A stretch of DNA of 49,158 nucleotides from Sphaeroforma arctica JP610. Lineage: Eukaryota. A program made the translations under genes and the position numbers. Below the pieces are notes generated by a model. It was not told the DNA's origin, did not search any database, and was given only the letters and a program-made list of their open reading frames with translations. The DNA lies in the NCBI RefSeq assembly GCF_001186125.1, contig NW_014040490.1:16840-65997 (forward strand), in the 5' to 3' direction. Shown here in pieces: positions 1 to 12,942 of this stretch (position 1 is its first letter; each line of letters begins with the position of its first letter).

Positions 1-43
<43 letters not shown>

Positions 44-300
44 GTGTGTGTGTATCTGTGTGTCTGTGTTTGTTTCTGTCTGTGTGTTTGTGTGTTTGTG
101 TGTTTGTGTGTCTGTGTTTTCATAAAAATTTATATATCGTGCACGCGCATTCATTCGATATTTATTGTATTGAATATTTTCTGTGTGTGCGCGCGCTTGT
201 GTGTTGTGTGTGTGTGTGTGTGTGTGTACTATATATATATATATATATATGTAGATATAGCCATGTGTATCTACATAGATATATGAATACATGTATATAT

Positions 301-343
<43 letters not shown>

Positions 344-345
344 CG
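1..345. repeat. (TG)n/(TA)n microsatellite tract, probably in a CTNNBL1 intron
   Basis: Direct dinucleotide runs. The CVCV/YIYI ORFs here are artefacts. Confidence 0.95.
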
Positions 346-740
346 TGTACACGCATTACTATAATGTTTTTTTGTTTTGTATATCATATATGTTTTGCAT
401 ATATTATATGATATCAATCTCACTTGCTATGTTCATGTTGGTCGATTTCTCGAATGTTCTAGGCACAAACATTTGCAAGTACACGAATTCATACATCTTT
501 CATTCTCGAATATATTTCAAAAACCTGGATTTTATTTAGTTAGTTTTGAAGGCTAGTGCATGAAGTCACTAAACACTTCAACAAGTACACTTAATGAACC
601 ATATATGTGATCTATTGCGCTTTCTTGAAGTCCCTATTTTTACCGTGAGTAATCACCCCGGCAACGTCGGCACTGCAAGCTGTATATGATTCTTATTTCT
701 AGCTGCATATATCCACTCTTTCGACTATGCCTGTATGCAG

Positions 741-3700
741 GCACCAGCGATCATTGAAGAACGCAACGAAAAGCGACCAATCGATGATGTAGATCCTGAA
801 GATCAAGAAGGCGGAGGTGTGTAACTCTAGGTCGAAATTTTGGACCGATAGATTCTAACTTCTCCTGTAAAGGTTGATTTTTCTTTCCATATCGAAGATC
901 GAATTATTGTAACGTGAGCATCTTTGTAGTGAGTTTATCGAATTCAATGATACAAAATGAACCCACATGTCATCTCTTTTGTCCAGACTACACATACCAA
1001 TTCTCTTGAGACGTGGCTGATACATTGCTACGCACGCATCGCGCTAATCCTTTAGTGATCGGCATCGTTTCCTTCGCATTTATTGGTGTCGTTGCCAAGG
1101 CTGGCGGTACTTTCTGTAAGGTTGCTTATTCCAGTTTGAGTACAAGCATTTGGTATGCTATCTGAATCACATTTGCACATCTCGTACATGATTCTAGACG
1201 ATGATGATGACGATGAACAAGCCAGGATTCTGGCCATGATCGAGGGCGATGAAGAAGAGGTGGGGGTTTTTTTTGTGGTAGAAATTGTATCACAAATGTA
1301 TGTTGTTGACCACATGTGCCTGAGCAGCTGCCATGGGCTTGTGCACAAGAATGTTAATTATTCCTTTCTTATTTTGAATCACGGATGTGTGTGGGTCAGA
1401 GAATCCAATCGTAGATTTTGCTATTTTCTGGCAGGCGTGAGGGTCGCATATAACATGCAGATCCTAGCATATGTGATCTTGATACCTCGATTCTGTCTCA
1501 TCTTCATTGTATGGGATAAATCGTATATTCGGACTCTTCAGACCCATTTACTAACATAAGATATGCATTTGTATATGCAGGGTACTGATTTCAACGCCGC
1601 TGATTTGAAAAAACTGGTACTTGGTTTCGAGAAGAAATTGTATAAAAATCAGCAAATGCGTGTGCGATACCCTGACGAACCCACAAAGTTTTTGGAGAGC
1701 GAAATGGATTTAAGTGACGACATACAGGTAAGCGCCAATGTGTTGCATGGTGGTACTCTTTCATAGCTTAGAGGTCGATTGATTTTGCCACACAACGATA
1801 GAGGCTTATCGATTAGTGGGTATAATGCACTGTCCATCCATTTCAGTTTTGTTACCGACTGGTGTGACAAGCGAAAAGTAAGTCAATTCAGATAGAGTAT
1901 GATGCGCTTGAGAGGCGCGCGCTTGCTAAAGTATTACCTGGGATTCATCAGGACGTCGCAATATTTCAATGGTGTGTTCGAACTTTTTCTGATCCACGAG
2001 GCTCTATATTGAACCGAGTATGTAGCCGGGTTGCATTGGTCCCTTCGTGAGCCAGACTTATGGACCGTTTGATTCTAACCTGATGTGCTATCGATGCGTT
2101 TATATTAGGGATTGAACGTCATCGCCACAGCGCCCGATCTCTTCGCAACCTTGGTACAACTTAAGGTGCTGCCGTCTATCCTTGGCCTGTTATCACACGA
2201 CAACACGGACATCGCCCTCTCTGCAGTTGCACTGCTGAGTGAAATCTTAGACGCAGATACTCTGAGTGAAAGCCCTGAGGACGCGGAAATATTGCTCAAA
2301 GCCATGCACGATGCACAGCTGCTGCCCTTGTTGTTTCAGAATCTGGAACGGCTGAATGAGAGTAACAGAGAGGATGCCGAGGGTGTACACAAAACACTGA
2401 CTATATTAGAGAATCTTTGCGAGATCGACGATAACACTCCGAGTTTGATGTTGAAAGGAACCAGTAAGTTACTCTGTCGATGATTGCATGTTTATCCTTT
2501 GGCATATGATCGTTCCCACGGTCACTAATAGGTTTCGAATGAGAAATTTTAGAATCTCCAACAAGCTTGAACATCTGCAGATTTGAGTGTGAACATATGA
2601 ATGTATGTCACATGGGATGTAATCTAATATTGTGCATATTTGGCACCCGCAGAGATGCTACCGTGGATTCGTCGGAGGCTCCTCACCAAGGGACTTGATG
2701 CTAATAAATTATACTGCAGGTATGTACTAAATATCATGCTATTGCTTGCGGGACAAGATTATTATGGTCATTTTTGGATCGAGTAGTTTTTTCTGCTAGA
2801 AACGGATTTCGTTCCCAAAGCTGTACAATTTAATAAAGGCTGATTAAACCTCGCTTTAACAATTTAACTACAGTGAGCTGCTATCTATAATACTACAAAC
2901 TTCGAAAGAATCGAGGCGGAAGTTGGCGACCGAGAATGGAATTGACGATTTGTTACGAATTTTAGCCGTATGTTCTCCCTTTTATTGTTGGTATTCCTGT
3001 TTTTGTCCGCTGCACAAATGGAAGTTTGTATATGCGTATGTTGGCGAAATATATTCGTGATCTCCTAGCTAGCTATGCCGGCTCGTCCAGCAATGTGCGC
3101 GGGGTTTTGCTACTTCTCACGCATTGTCATTAATTGCATATTAATTTTGGATCTTCTTATTCAACCTCGTAGGGCTACAGAAATAAAGATCCTCAGACAC
3201 CAGAAGAGGTGGAGTACTTGAACAATCTGTTCGACTCAGTCACTACCACTCTCCTCGAGTCCGAAGGTAAGAAGCACTTTCTGCAAGGAGAGGGTGTGGA
3301 GCTGATGATTATCATGTTGAGAGAAAAGAAAATGGCCGTGTTCGGTGCTATGAAGGCACTAAGTTTCGCCACGACCGGCGATGAGGTGGCTATGTGCAAA
3401 CGATTTGTGGAGAAACGAGGACTGAAGTCATTGTTTCCCCGGTTCATGAAGGTGCCCAAGAATGCCAAGGGAGTGGCGGATAAAGGCGAATACGAAGGTG
3501 AGCTACATTTGTTGCCCACTTTGGCATCACACCGAGTAGTTAGCTATCATTTGATTGAGCTTGTATGTATCTCAGTGAGTATTGTTTTTTAATTGCGTAT
3601 ATTGCACTAGTGGTCGGTGGTGCCCATTGCTTGGTCAGTGTTGCTGCGTATCTCGCTGAGTCTCTTTATGTATGTTGATGGTATACTTTGACATATAGAA

Positions 3701-5113
3701 CTCAAAATTACATATATCTGCTATCTAAACCAGTGTGCCATTTACTAATCCGCCCTTTTTGGCATTTATTCGGTTTGCTCAGAACATGTATGTTCTGTGC
3801 TTAATTCTTTACTCAGAAATATCCGGGACTCGACGCTGCGAAATCGGCTGCTTAACAAATTCGTAGAAGATAACTTTGCTAAGGTACGTATGATCAATCA
3901 GCTGAAATTCGCGAGCTGGATTCATACAAAAGATAGTCGCAAAATTTACATATATATCATCATACTCTTGAAGCCATGGCTTCTTGTGGTTGTGTCGAAA
4001 CGTACATCGAACTATTTATCGTCAATCAACAATACTCGGTAGCAACTCGGTTGATTTACTGAATTTATTGTAGAAGCTGACACTGGCACATGCTCACCCG
4101 GCTGCTTCCGATGATATTCAATCTTCCAGGTTGAACGTCTGATCGAGCTACACTTGCAATATAGCGAGAAGGTAGCGAAAGAGGACCATGAAATTGCCAG
4201 GGAGACAGTCGCGTATCTTGCTGAGGAAAAATCGAAGGGAGACGAGCATCCCGAGATTCCACCGGAGATGACTGACATGTTCTACCTGAGGCGCTTAGAG
4301 AATGGGCTATGTTGTTTACAGCTCGTGGACTCAATTATTGCAGAAATTATGGTGGCGGGAATACCACAGGTAAGTGTTCCACTCAATGTGTTCTTGACTA
4401 TGAAATGCAGGAGATTGTGTAGCTGTGCATATACGATCGCTGGTAGTGACTGTGTATCTGTTGTTTCGCAAACCATGATCGAATATGGTTCTTTTCCGGA
4501 ATTTAGTTTGTCAGTCTGTCATTATTCTCGATTTTTTGACTGTTTGACTACAGAGGGATTGAGAGAACAAGTAGGAATACGGCCTATTATATCAGATTTC
4601 AAATTCTGCATGCTTGCACCCAAACAGATACGAGGGAAAATCAAGAAGTTGCTCGCTCAACAAGAGCGGTCGCTATACGGGGTCATCGATGTGCTTGACG
4701 GTATGTCATCTGCTGTGGCTTTCATTATGAGGTTGTTGTTGAATGTGGAACTAGCAAGTCCGATAAATGAGGTTGTACATGCGGAGATCTCGTGTATGTG
4801 CATGTTGTTAGTAGTATCGCTTATGTTTGTTTACTTTTGGTGTTCACATTTCAAAATATGCCAGATGCCGCGAGGAGTGGACACGAATAGTTCATGAAAC
4901 TCTCGTAGCATATCCTATTGATCACATAATTTAGACACAACACATCAATACTGATTTCCTTGTCATGTGACTTTCACTGCAGAATTTGCTTCGATGATGG
5001 GCGAGGAGACAACGCTTAACAGTTCGTCTACAGCCAAGGTGTCGAGAGAAAAGGCGCATATACAAGATCTTGTCAGCAAATTGCAGGATGGTGGAATGTC
5101 GTCAAAAGATTAA
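741..5113 (+). CDS. CTNNBL1: Beta-catenin-like protein 1 (Prp19/NTC-associated spliceosomal ARM protein), 5'-partial. Exons 741-816, 1198-1259, 1581-1727, 2109-2463, 2653-2719, 2874-2967, 3173-3497, 3783-3883, 4130-4369, 4628-4700, 4983-5113
   Basis: All junctions are GT-AG and phase-compatible. The spliced product has family motifs FEKKLYKNQQMRVRYPDEPTKFLESEMDL, LLSHDNTDIA, DANKLYCSELLSIILQ, EEVEYLNNLFD, FLQGEGVELM, KFVEDNFAKVERLIELH and FYLRRLENGL. Stop TAA is at 5111-5113. Confidence 0.95.
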
Positions 5114-6089
5114 ACACCATTCATAGATACTTACGCGATACTGTGTATGTGGGCATTTAATATTCAGCTCTGGTTGATTCTTAAATCCAAGACACTCAAG
5201 GAGTTGGCGTGTGTGCGTTCGGGATGTCACAGCATAATTTGAGTTAGGTACTGGCCCACGTTCTGTCGTTAGAAACTTGTTCTCTAACCCCCACTATACT
5301 AAATCCTGAATATTGAGTCATTGTATTTGAAATATACCTTACATTAGCGCTCTTGACTATTTGCGTTAATTCTCCTTAAATCCTAGTTTTTGAAGGCCGA
5401 GTAACGAGCGAGCCATAAGTGTTGTGTAGAACAGTTGACCAGGCACAATTGGGTGAATAGGTAGCATGCCAAAGTTTAAACTGAATTTGTCTTTGGTAAA
5501 ATACAACCATAGTGTGCGATGCTCCGACGATAATTTTTCAAGCAGCGATGTTTAAAATCTCGTGTTATGCGCAGTTTGCGATGAAAGAAATGTATTACGA
5601 ATCGAAAATACTAGTTGACTTGAGTGTACAGAATTGTGCAAGTGACAAATGCCAGGAAATGAATACTCAAAATTTCGTGGAAATTATTTTCGAACAACAT
5701 GAATTGATTTATATGTCTCAAAGATAGGTCAAGGCAGGCGAGTTGATTCAAGAGTGATCTGAAATACAATCGACTTGAATAGCGTTGTATTTCCACTGAC
5801 GAGCAGCAATATGTCGTTTTCAAAATTTATGCATAAGGTCATACAATACATGGGTGTTTCATGGTATCCTCAAAGAATTCTGAGAGGCGGTTGATCGAAA
5901 TCCAATGCACGGGCTCTAGCCTATGTGCAGAGAAAACTTAAAATATATTTTGGTCGAGGTGAATCATAGACATATACGATTAAATAATTGAGAACTTGTA
6001 TTGACTGTGGTTTGTGTATGGCTTTTTGAATCGAAAGCTCATTATCTTTCAAGCGGTCAAAAAAAAATGCTTGGCTCGTTATAAAGTCA

Positions 6090-6270
6090 TATTATTTGTC
6101 ATCACGAGCCACCTCTAAAATACAGCATACATGCGTAATATCGCGTGCGAGTTCAAACGCGGAATATTGTGATGAATATCAGATGACTAATAAAATTAGC
6201 TTCCCTAATAAGAATCGGTAGTATGTAGATTTGTGCGAGTGAGTGTGATCGTGCTACTACTGGTATGCTT
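6090..6270 (+). repeat. Dispersed repeat C fragment
   Basis: tttgtcatcacgagcc...atcgcgtgcgag and gagtgtgatcgtgctactact match segments at about 29325-29390 and 30356-30530. Confidence 0.7.
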
Positions 6271-7109
6271 CTATAGGCATGAATGTGCACTTTCTCTTTC
6301 TAATTAATGACCGTTTTGGCATACTCGGAATAATAGGCTACAAGTCCATAGCTATGGGCCCATAACATTTTACTATACAATCTGGCATTTTGTGAGTGAT
6401 GACTTACATCAAAGATTTCTTGTACGCATCGGCCCGTATGTTGGTAGAATAGCCTATATATCTAGGTGTGGTTTACGAACAGATGAAATAAGTAGATTAT
6501 CACTCTGGGTTCTTGGGACAACAAATAAAAAATTCTCAAGATGATCGCATCGTAATTATATTGGTGCTAAACTTAAACCAAGGAAAAGGGACGGGTCTCA
6601 ATCCTCCAATCAGTAGACTATATCAGTTCGCAAGTTAAATTGAAATTTTTCAGGACTTAAATCAAGAGTAGCTGATTTGGAAAGTAGAGATTTTACCGAT
6701 AACAGATCTTCCATGCAAACCAATATGTGTGTAGTCTTCGAGAACAGACTTCCTAATAACCTTGTTTCGTTCTTTAAACTCTGCAGATTAGTTGCAAGCC
6801 ATCTCAAATAATATTTTCTATAGAGTGCACATACTGCCAATGCATATTGATAATGGCAAGATTCAGATTCTGTGCCTGCTAATAAAAAACAGGAATGCAA
6901 ATAGAACATGTTTATGTGTACGTATGCCAGTTGGTGCCAGTTCTACCCGAAACGGCACCCTTAAAAAATTATCGTGCACATATACATCTTAACTGAACTT
7001 ACGCTCATACAACACTCTCTAGCAGATACTTCCCGAAACTTAAGAATCGACTTATTGAACCTAGTCGCCAAAGACGGAAGATTTGTTCCTTCAAATAGGT
7101 CACTATCGA

Positions 7110-8200
7110 TCAGTTTTGTGACCATTTTTCAGCCTCGTAAGCACTAATCCCACTCTTGCATGCGTACCTCACAACGTAATACCATTTTCGATGCACATAA
7201 TTGTCTCGATTCATGTAAACATGTGATTGTTGCAACATGCGCCTTGTCGTGTACATGTTACGCTCTAATCTTCCCTCTCGTTGTTCCTGTGTCTCATCCG
7301 CCAAGACCCGCCCCTACTGTGCATCAGAAATCGTAGCACTGTCACTGTTGTCATTGCTGTTGTTATTGTTGTTATCTTCATCACTTTTTTGCTTCGCTTT
7401 CAGTTCGTATAATTGCTCCCCCTATTAACGTACAGACCCAGTAACTTCTGGTACATCATTTCTAGGACCAAGTATAATTTGAGTGTTTAATTACCACCCT
7501 ACGCTACTGTAAGGTCATATTTCCTGACACTAAGTGTGGGTGGTCTCTGTCGCACTCCAATGTTGCCACCCCATGGGTTATGGTCATGTACGGATTTTGC
7601 GAAGCTAACCCACCATCACACCTGGCGGGTACCAGATTTTTCTCAGTACCAAAACCTAGTCTGCGTTCCACCTTTCCAAGCACATCTCCGATGAGTTTTT
7701 TATTTTGGTGCCAATCGTTCTTAACTGCTATTGTGTACATATGTCTGGTTGATTACGTTTATTTCGGGCTGCTGCATATCTACCGGCTTGACATCAAATG
7801 TACGTTTGACTAGACACACGGCAGATGGGTTCTCTGCCACGCCTTCGTACGAAGTCCAATTATCAAAGTTCTATGTATAATCAACACTTATATCTTCTCA
7901 GTTTATCATTTTAGATTGCACTTGAGAGTATTCTAATGTTGCTGTATCTGGATCTGATTTTAGCAACTTTGACACACGCCTTGCGATAGGGTGTTTATTG
8001 CCTTATCGGTATGTGTTCGTTTACGGCCGGCAGGGTGTGATGCTGTGTGATGCTAGCTAATACGTCCGCCTCAAAGTCTTTTGATCTGTTACTAACTAGA
8101 TTACAGGACTCGCCTGTTTGAGGTTTCTTTCCTCGGGCATCATATGACAAACTTTTAGCGCCCCATCTAGGCGTTTGTGCATGTGTATACTCGCTCTCCG
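7110..8200 (-). pseudogene. Decayed intronless coding-like sequence of unknown family
   Basis: Chain of protein-like reading segments (7504-7740, 7110-7304, others at about 7750-8200) broken by stops and frameshifts, with a D/N/S low-complexity tract at about 7340-7385. Confidence 0.35.
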
Positions 8201-8499
8201 CTTACAAAAAGGATCATGGAGATGAATATGCTTGCAGCTTCAGTTTATTCGTACCTCGCCCAGAACTCGGATTTACCAAAACAACCCCTAAAACTAGGAC
8301 AAAAGTAAACTGACAGCGAAGAACGAAGAAGCGATATGAAACCTATATAAAGTCTTGTAGGATATGGTGTATGTTCCTTCTCTGTGTACGATCTTCTATA
8401 CCAGGCCGTGTGCGATTAGCCTCTTTGATTCTTTCCTATTTCAACAAAGTGTCACTCACACATTGATGTAAGTAAGCTCAATGGTATTCTGCCATAGTG

Positions 8500-8610
8500 T
8501 AGTCAAGCAATTTAACCAGGAAAGTGTTGGTTGCTATCATGACACAAGCGCGGATTAGCGTGTGTTCACGGCAATGGGTAAAGTTTTCATGGGAGGGCTT
8601 GTCTCGGTCC
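8500..8610 (+). pseudogene. Fragment X, homologous to 15596-15706 (inverted)
   Basis: tagtcaagcaattt...gtgttggttgctatcatg...gtgtgttcacggc...gagggcttgtc.cggtcc aligns with the reverse complement of 15596-15706. Confidence 0.8.
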
Positions 8611-8615
8611 TTGAT

Positions 8616-9045
8616 AGCCGGGCCTCCACGTGAGAATCTTGTAAATAAACGTATTATTAAATTTCCATTTTATTTACAAATCAGATATTTGGATACGTCC
8701 TATTAAAAAATGCCAAAGATAATATTTGGAGTAGATCTATTAATAGTACTATTTTATTCTCCAAATCTATTTATACCTGAATACTTCAGTAGCGAGATGG
8801 CACAACCGAACATAGGTATCTACGGACTATTACCGTTACCTAGTTTGTCCTCCGCTCAGCCGACCTGATTACCAGTCTGATGAAAGCTATTCGGTAATTC
8901 TTGATAAGTGGTTAGTTATTGGTTAAAACAATAACTAAGGACATCAAGAGTCTTTTTACCATTTTTTTTAATACTTTTTTTCTTCATATACTTTTTTTCT
9001 CCTGAAGATAGGATTATATACGAGTATCTCGAATCTGCCCCAACG
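8616..9045 (+). repeat. Repeat A, copy 1
   Basis: Collinear with 11506-11990. Both start AGCCGGGCCTCCAC and share aaccgaacatagg, ccagtctgatga and tcggtaattcttgataagtgg. Confidence 0.9.
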
Positions 9046-9269
9046 TATATGTCTTTCTATCAGTATATCAGGTTCTGTCATGTTCCCACCGCACTCCAAT
9101 AATCACACTACTATGTATGTAGTTATCAGAACATTCACAAACTCGCACATATCACGCATATTAACGTGCCAAAAAGAACGAATACACTTTGATTTCTTAA
9201 ACGCGGAGTGTATTGGCTGAATCACATTTCCATTTTCAAAATATTGAACATGTCTAGTAGGGTTTTCAA

Positions 9270-9720
9270 TTTTCATTTTTGACCGCATGATGGCTGCCGT
9301 CGCTGTTGCTGTCGCTATCATTGTCACTATGGTAATGCGGATACATGGTTGCGTTAGTCTCATGTTGATAGTGTTTAACTGGACGTGTAGGGAACATGAC
9401 TCCGTCATACACAGACACACGCTACCAGTTTACTGGCCGGCCTGTATTAACACCACTCTGCGGGATACGTATACGCATAGGGTTTTCGAAATCTCGGTTT
9501 ATCCAACCGCTCTTTGAATCCAATGAGTTTAACTGGGGCACTGACTTATAGTTCATAAGCCATTGTGTGCTATCGTTTGTCAATGCCGCCGGGGTCATCT
9601 GCGAAAAGCTGATCACCACTTGAAAAGTCATTGGGCACAGGGCGTTCAATCGAATCGCTCTGAGCGGATGACCCCTGCTGCCCCGGTGTATTGGAGTTCA
9701 CAGAATCCAGTTTTTCGATC
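9270..9720 (-). pseudogene. Decayed intronless ORF of unknown family
   Basis: ORF 9422-9649 continues in frame past one TAG into RVSVYDGVMFPTRPVKHYQHETNATMYPHYHSDNDSDSNSDGS. Confidence 0.4.
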
Positions 9721-10469
9721 CCTGACCCCATCATTTTGAGCTAGCGATTCAGTTAGTTAGTTAGTTAGTTAGAGTACGCTATACCATACGGTTAATAGAG
9801 AGCGCATGTTTTATTCCTGTACCTGCACGTGCAGCACTAGAACGGTTAAGTTCCGACGTATCGTATTGTATTCTATGCGCCTCTGCGTTCCTCCAGAGTC
9901 TGTTGCTGAGGCAACAACATTTCGTGTTTCCGCACGTACCTACGGTACTGGTTTGGGGTGAGCAGGCTCTAGCCTGTAAAATTGCTAGTTTCCGGCACAG
10001 TGATTGTGGGGTTACAAACACCGACATAGAATGCAGGGTAGATAGATTTTAACCCCACAGTGTGTGTATGTGTGTGTGTGTGTACGTGTGTGTGTACGTG
10101 GTAATAATAAAGGGTCAGATATTTTTATAGAGCACGTACATGTGTGTTTCCAGCGGTTCTGTGTAGCAATCGTTCATAGCGCAGTAGTGGAAAATTTTAG
10201 ACGACTTGAATGTATGGTAGCCCACTTCTGTAGAAGACGTATTAGTATCGTTGGGTGTATCGTCTGGTGGTGGGCCTTTCTCTCAAGGCTGGCTGACTTC
10301 TGTAAGTATAAGAAATATGAGAGCAACCAAGTAGCTCAAAATGCAGTAAACGTATCTTGAATATTTTGGCTGCGACATAAACACGTGTGTACAATTTCAG
10401 TGGGAAATCAAAAAAAAATACATGGGGTAAAAAAATACATGGGGTTCAGTACAGGCATCTCGTAACCCC

Positions 10470-10625
10470 CATTGAGCGAGACCAGGTGTCGCGTGACACG
10501 CCCAGACCGCGTGACGTCGGCTAAACCACGGGTGACGTCCCTTTTCACACGTGTACACAAGCACGCGTTGCGCCACACTACAACAACACGGCACTTTTTA
10601 TGAAAATTATGTGACGCACTTACTA
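10470..10625 (+). promoter_or_regulatory. CpG-rich putative promoter with CRE/E-box-like motifs
   Basis: Clustered GTGACGTC (x2), CACGTG, GTCGCGTGAC and GTGACGCAC directly upstream of the coding-like region at 10651. Confidence 0.35.
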
Positions 10626-10650
10626 GAGGATAGTCCGGTCATGATAAAGC

Positions 10651-11460
10651 ATGGAAGGAAACAACGCGACAGCCTTGTCTAGTAAAAATCTAGACACCAG
10701 CACCGATGCCCAAGAAGCTACGGGGATTCTTCAGAATGAAGCAACCCAAGTCTCGGCCGATGACACCGTCGGAAGTATTCGTGACCCAGAACCAGCAACA
10801 GAACCTAGTCCAGCAGCTGACAAGGCTCACGCGGGAAGTAGAGCAGCTGAAGTCACAGGTGGTCCAACAGACTGCAGTGACCCCCAAATGCAGAGCCAGC
10901 TGATCAAAGAGTTACAGAAGTACATAACGCTGAACAAAGTCCGCCTGTGTCTCACGGATAAATTAGAGCACATGAAAAAGACCCTAAGAAACCCGCCGCC
11001 AAGACACGGGTGCTCCGGCCCCAGGGTCTGACCAAAATCGAAAAGCGAAGAGTACGGATGAGAAACGGTGCGATGAGTGGGATAATCTACTGGACAAAAC
11101 CGAAACACTCTTAAAGTCCACGACCGAGAAGTGGCCTAATATGACCGATTTCATTGACAGGCTGAAAAAATGGCAAGCTGAAAACAAGATCCCATCAGCT
11201 GCGTGTCTGAGTCCTACGCCTGACACTACTGCTACTACTACTGCTGCTGCCATTACCAATTTTAGTAAACAGCCAGAGAATGCAATAGCAGAGTCCCAAG
11301 ACCCCAAAGTCGAACCGGTTTTAACTTCAGGCCACGCAAAAGAGATAATCTTTCCAAGGACGGTCCCATAGAAGAAACTACCGCCAATTTAAAAATGCAA
11401 CGGCCAATGAGCGCCCGCCAATTTTTTTTCAGACAATAGTGACTCGGAGGCGGATAGTAG
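10651..11460 (+). pseudogene. Frameshifted coiled-coil/helical protein gene of unknown family
   Basis: Protein-like segments in alternating frames: QQNLVQQLTRLTREVEQLKSQV, then QMQSQLIKELQKYITLNK, then DEWDNLLDKTETLLKSTTEKWPNMTDFIDRLKKWQ. Confidence 0.5.
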
Positions 11461-11505
11461 TGAAGACTCGGACTAGGACGGACACGGTGACCCTGATGCT
11501 GTAAA

Positions 11506-12240
11506 AGCCGGGCCTCCACATTAGAGTCTTGTATTATAAACGTACTCTTAAAAGTACGAAAACTTAGTTTTCCTTAAATGGTTTTTAACGGTTTTATTAA
11601 TTAAATACCTTTTCCATTATAACGTATCAAATATTTGGACAATGCCATTAAAAGGCCTGATTAAAATACCAAAGATATGATTTGGACTAGCTCTATCAAT
11701 AGAACTATATTTACTTTCCAAATCTATATGTATCTGAATACTTCGGTAGCGAGATTGCTCAACCGAACATAGGTTTCTAAGGACTATTAGCGTTGCTTAG
11801 TTTATCACCCGTTCAGCCAACCAGATGTGCCAGTCTGATGAAGGCTAGTCGGTAATTCTTGATAAGTGGCGAGTTATTGGTTAATACAATAACTATGAAC
11901 ATCAAGAGTATTTTTCTTTTTTCTTTTTCTTTTTATAATTTTTTTAAAAGATAGGATTTTACGAGTCTCTCGGATTCGCCCTAACGAAACATAGTCATAG
12001 TTTCTAGTAGAGCGACAACGAAGCACTAGATAAAATCCCTTCGGCGAAAACAGTACTGAGAGGATTATATATATGCAATGTCTCAGCCTCGCAATCCCTC
12101 AGAGTATTGCTGTTTTCACGAGGCATACCTAACTTTACTAAAAGACTCATTTCGTTTATTTTCCTTTGAATTTTATTAAACCTAGACTCAACCTAAGCGT
12201 TTATTTACTCTAAGGCGTTAGTATCGCCTTGATAGATCGA
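11506..12240 (+). repeat. Repeat A, copy 2 (longest, helix-rich)
   Basis: Direct repeat of 8616-9045 and inverted repeat of 16645-17080. Confidence 0.9.
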
Positions 12241-12942
12241 AACTGATAATGCGGTGGGGCAACCATTGAAAAGGTTCAAACAGTTATCCGGCAGTACCAG
12301 CTCCTGACACTATGACTATGGATACAGTTCGCACTCCCACGCGTACGCCAATCACATTCCCCAACGGGAGGCACAAATATTTTACGACACCATCCCAATA
12401 ATAAGTTTACAAACAGTAGATTTATCCATCATCCGTCCGCCACAGGTAACTACGGTCAAAGTATGCAGTATGGAAGTCCCGGCAGCCCTTACCCCAAACA
12501 GGGCGGGTATATCAATCGGCTCAGCAAACAGATCTTGGGGGGACGTCGCTAAATGTGTACTGTTGATGGATGGATAGATTCTCGATAAATAAATAACTAA
12601 ATAGAGTACACGCTTTACGCATGTACGTATATAGCAATTTCCTCTTTTTGTTGTTGACCGTCAGGGGTGTAGATTGTAAGCAAAGGCAAACCCATGAAAC
12701 ACAAAATCTCCCGTGTGTATTTGCCAACAACCAACCACAACGCTGCATTGTTTGTAAACAATAGTGAAGGTGGGAAAAGCATCCCTTGCACCGTGCACAG
12801 TAGGTACAAGGAATAGAACTGTCTACCCTGTTTATACGTCTATATAAACCTGTGTCCCACAGCCCACTCTGTCACACGATGCATCTATACTTATTTATTT
12901 ATTTATTAAATATATACATATACATATGTATCCAACGCCACG

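Noticed and set aside
2..539. CVCV/YIYI ORFs (also 31731-32164, 46186-46553, 47474-47815, 48537-49147)
   Set aside because: They are translations of microsatellites.
6640..6990. Ulp1-like or LINE ORF1-like remnant
   Set aside because: Only vague motif resemblance, with no HW or DCG.
11830..11850. Hammerhead core CTGATGA in repeat A
   Set aside because: No correctly placed GAAA or stem III was found.
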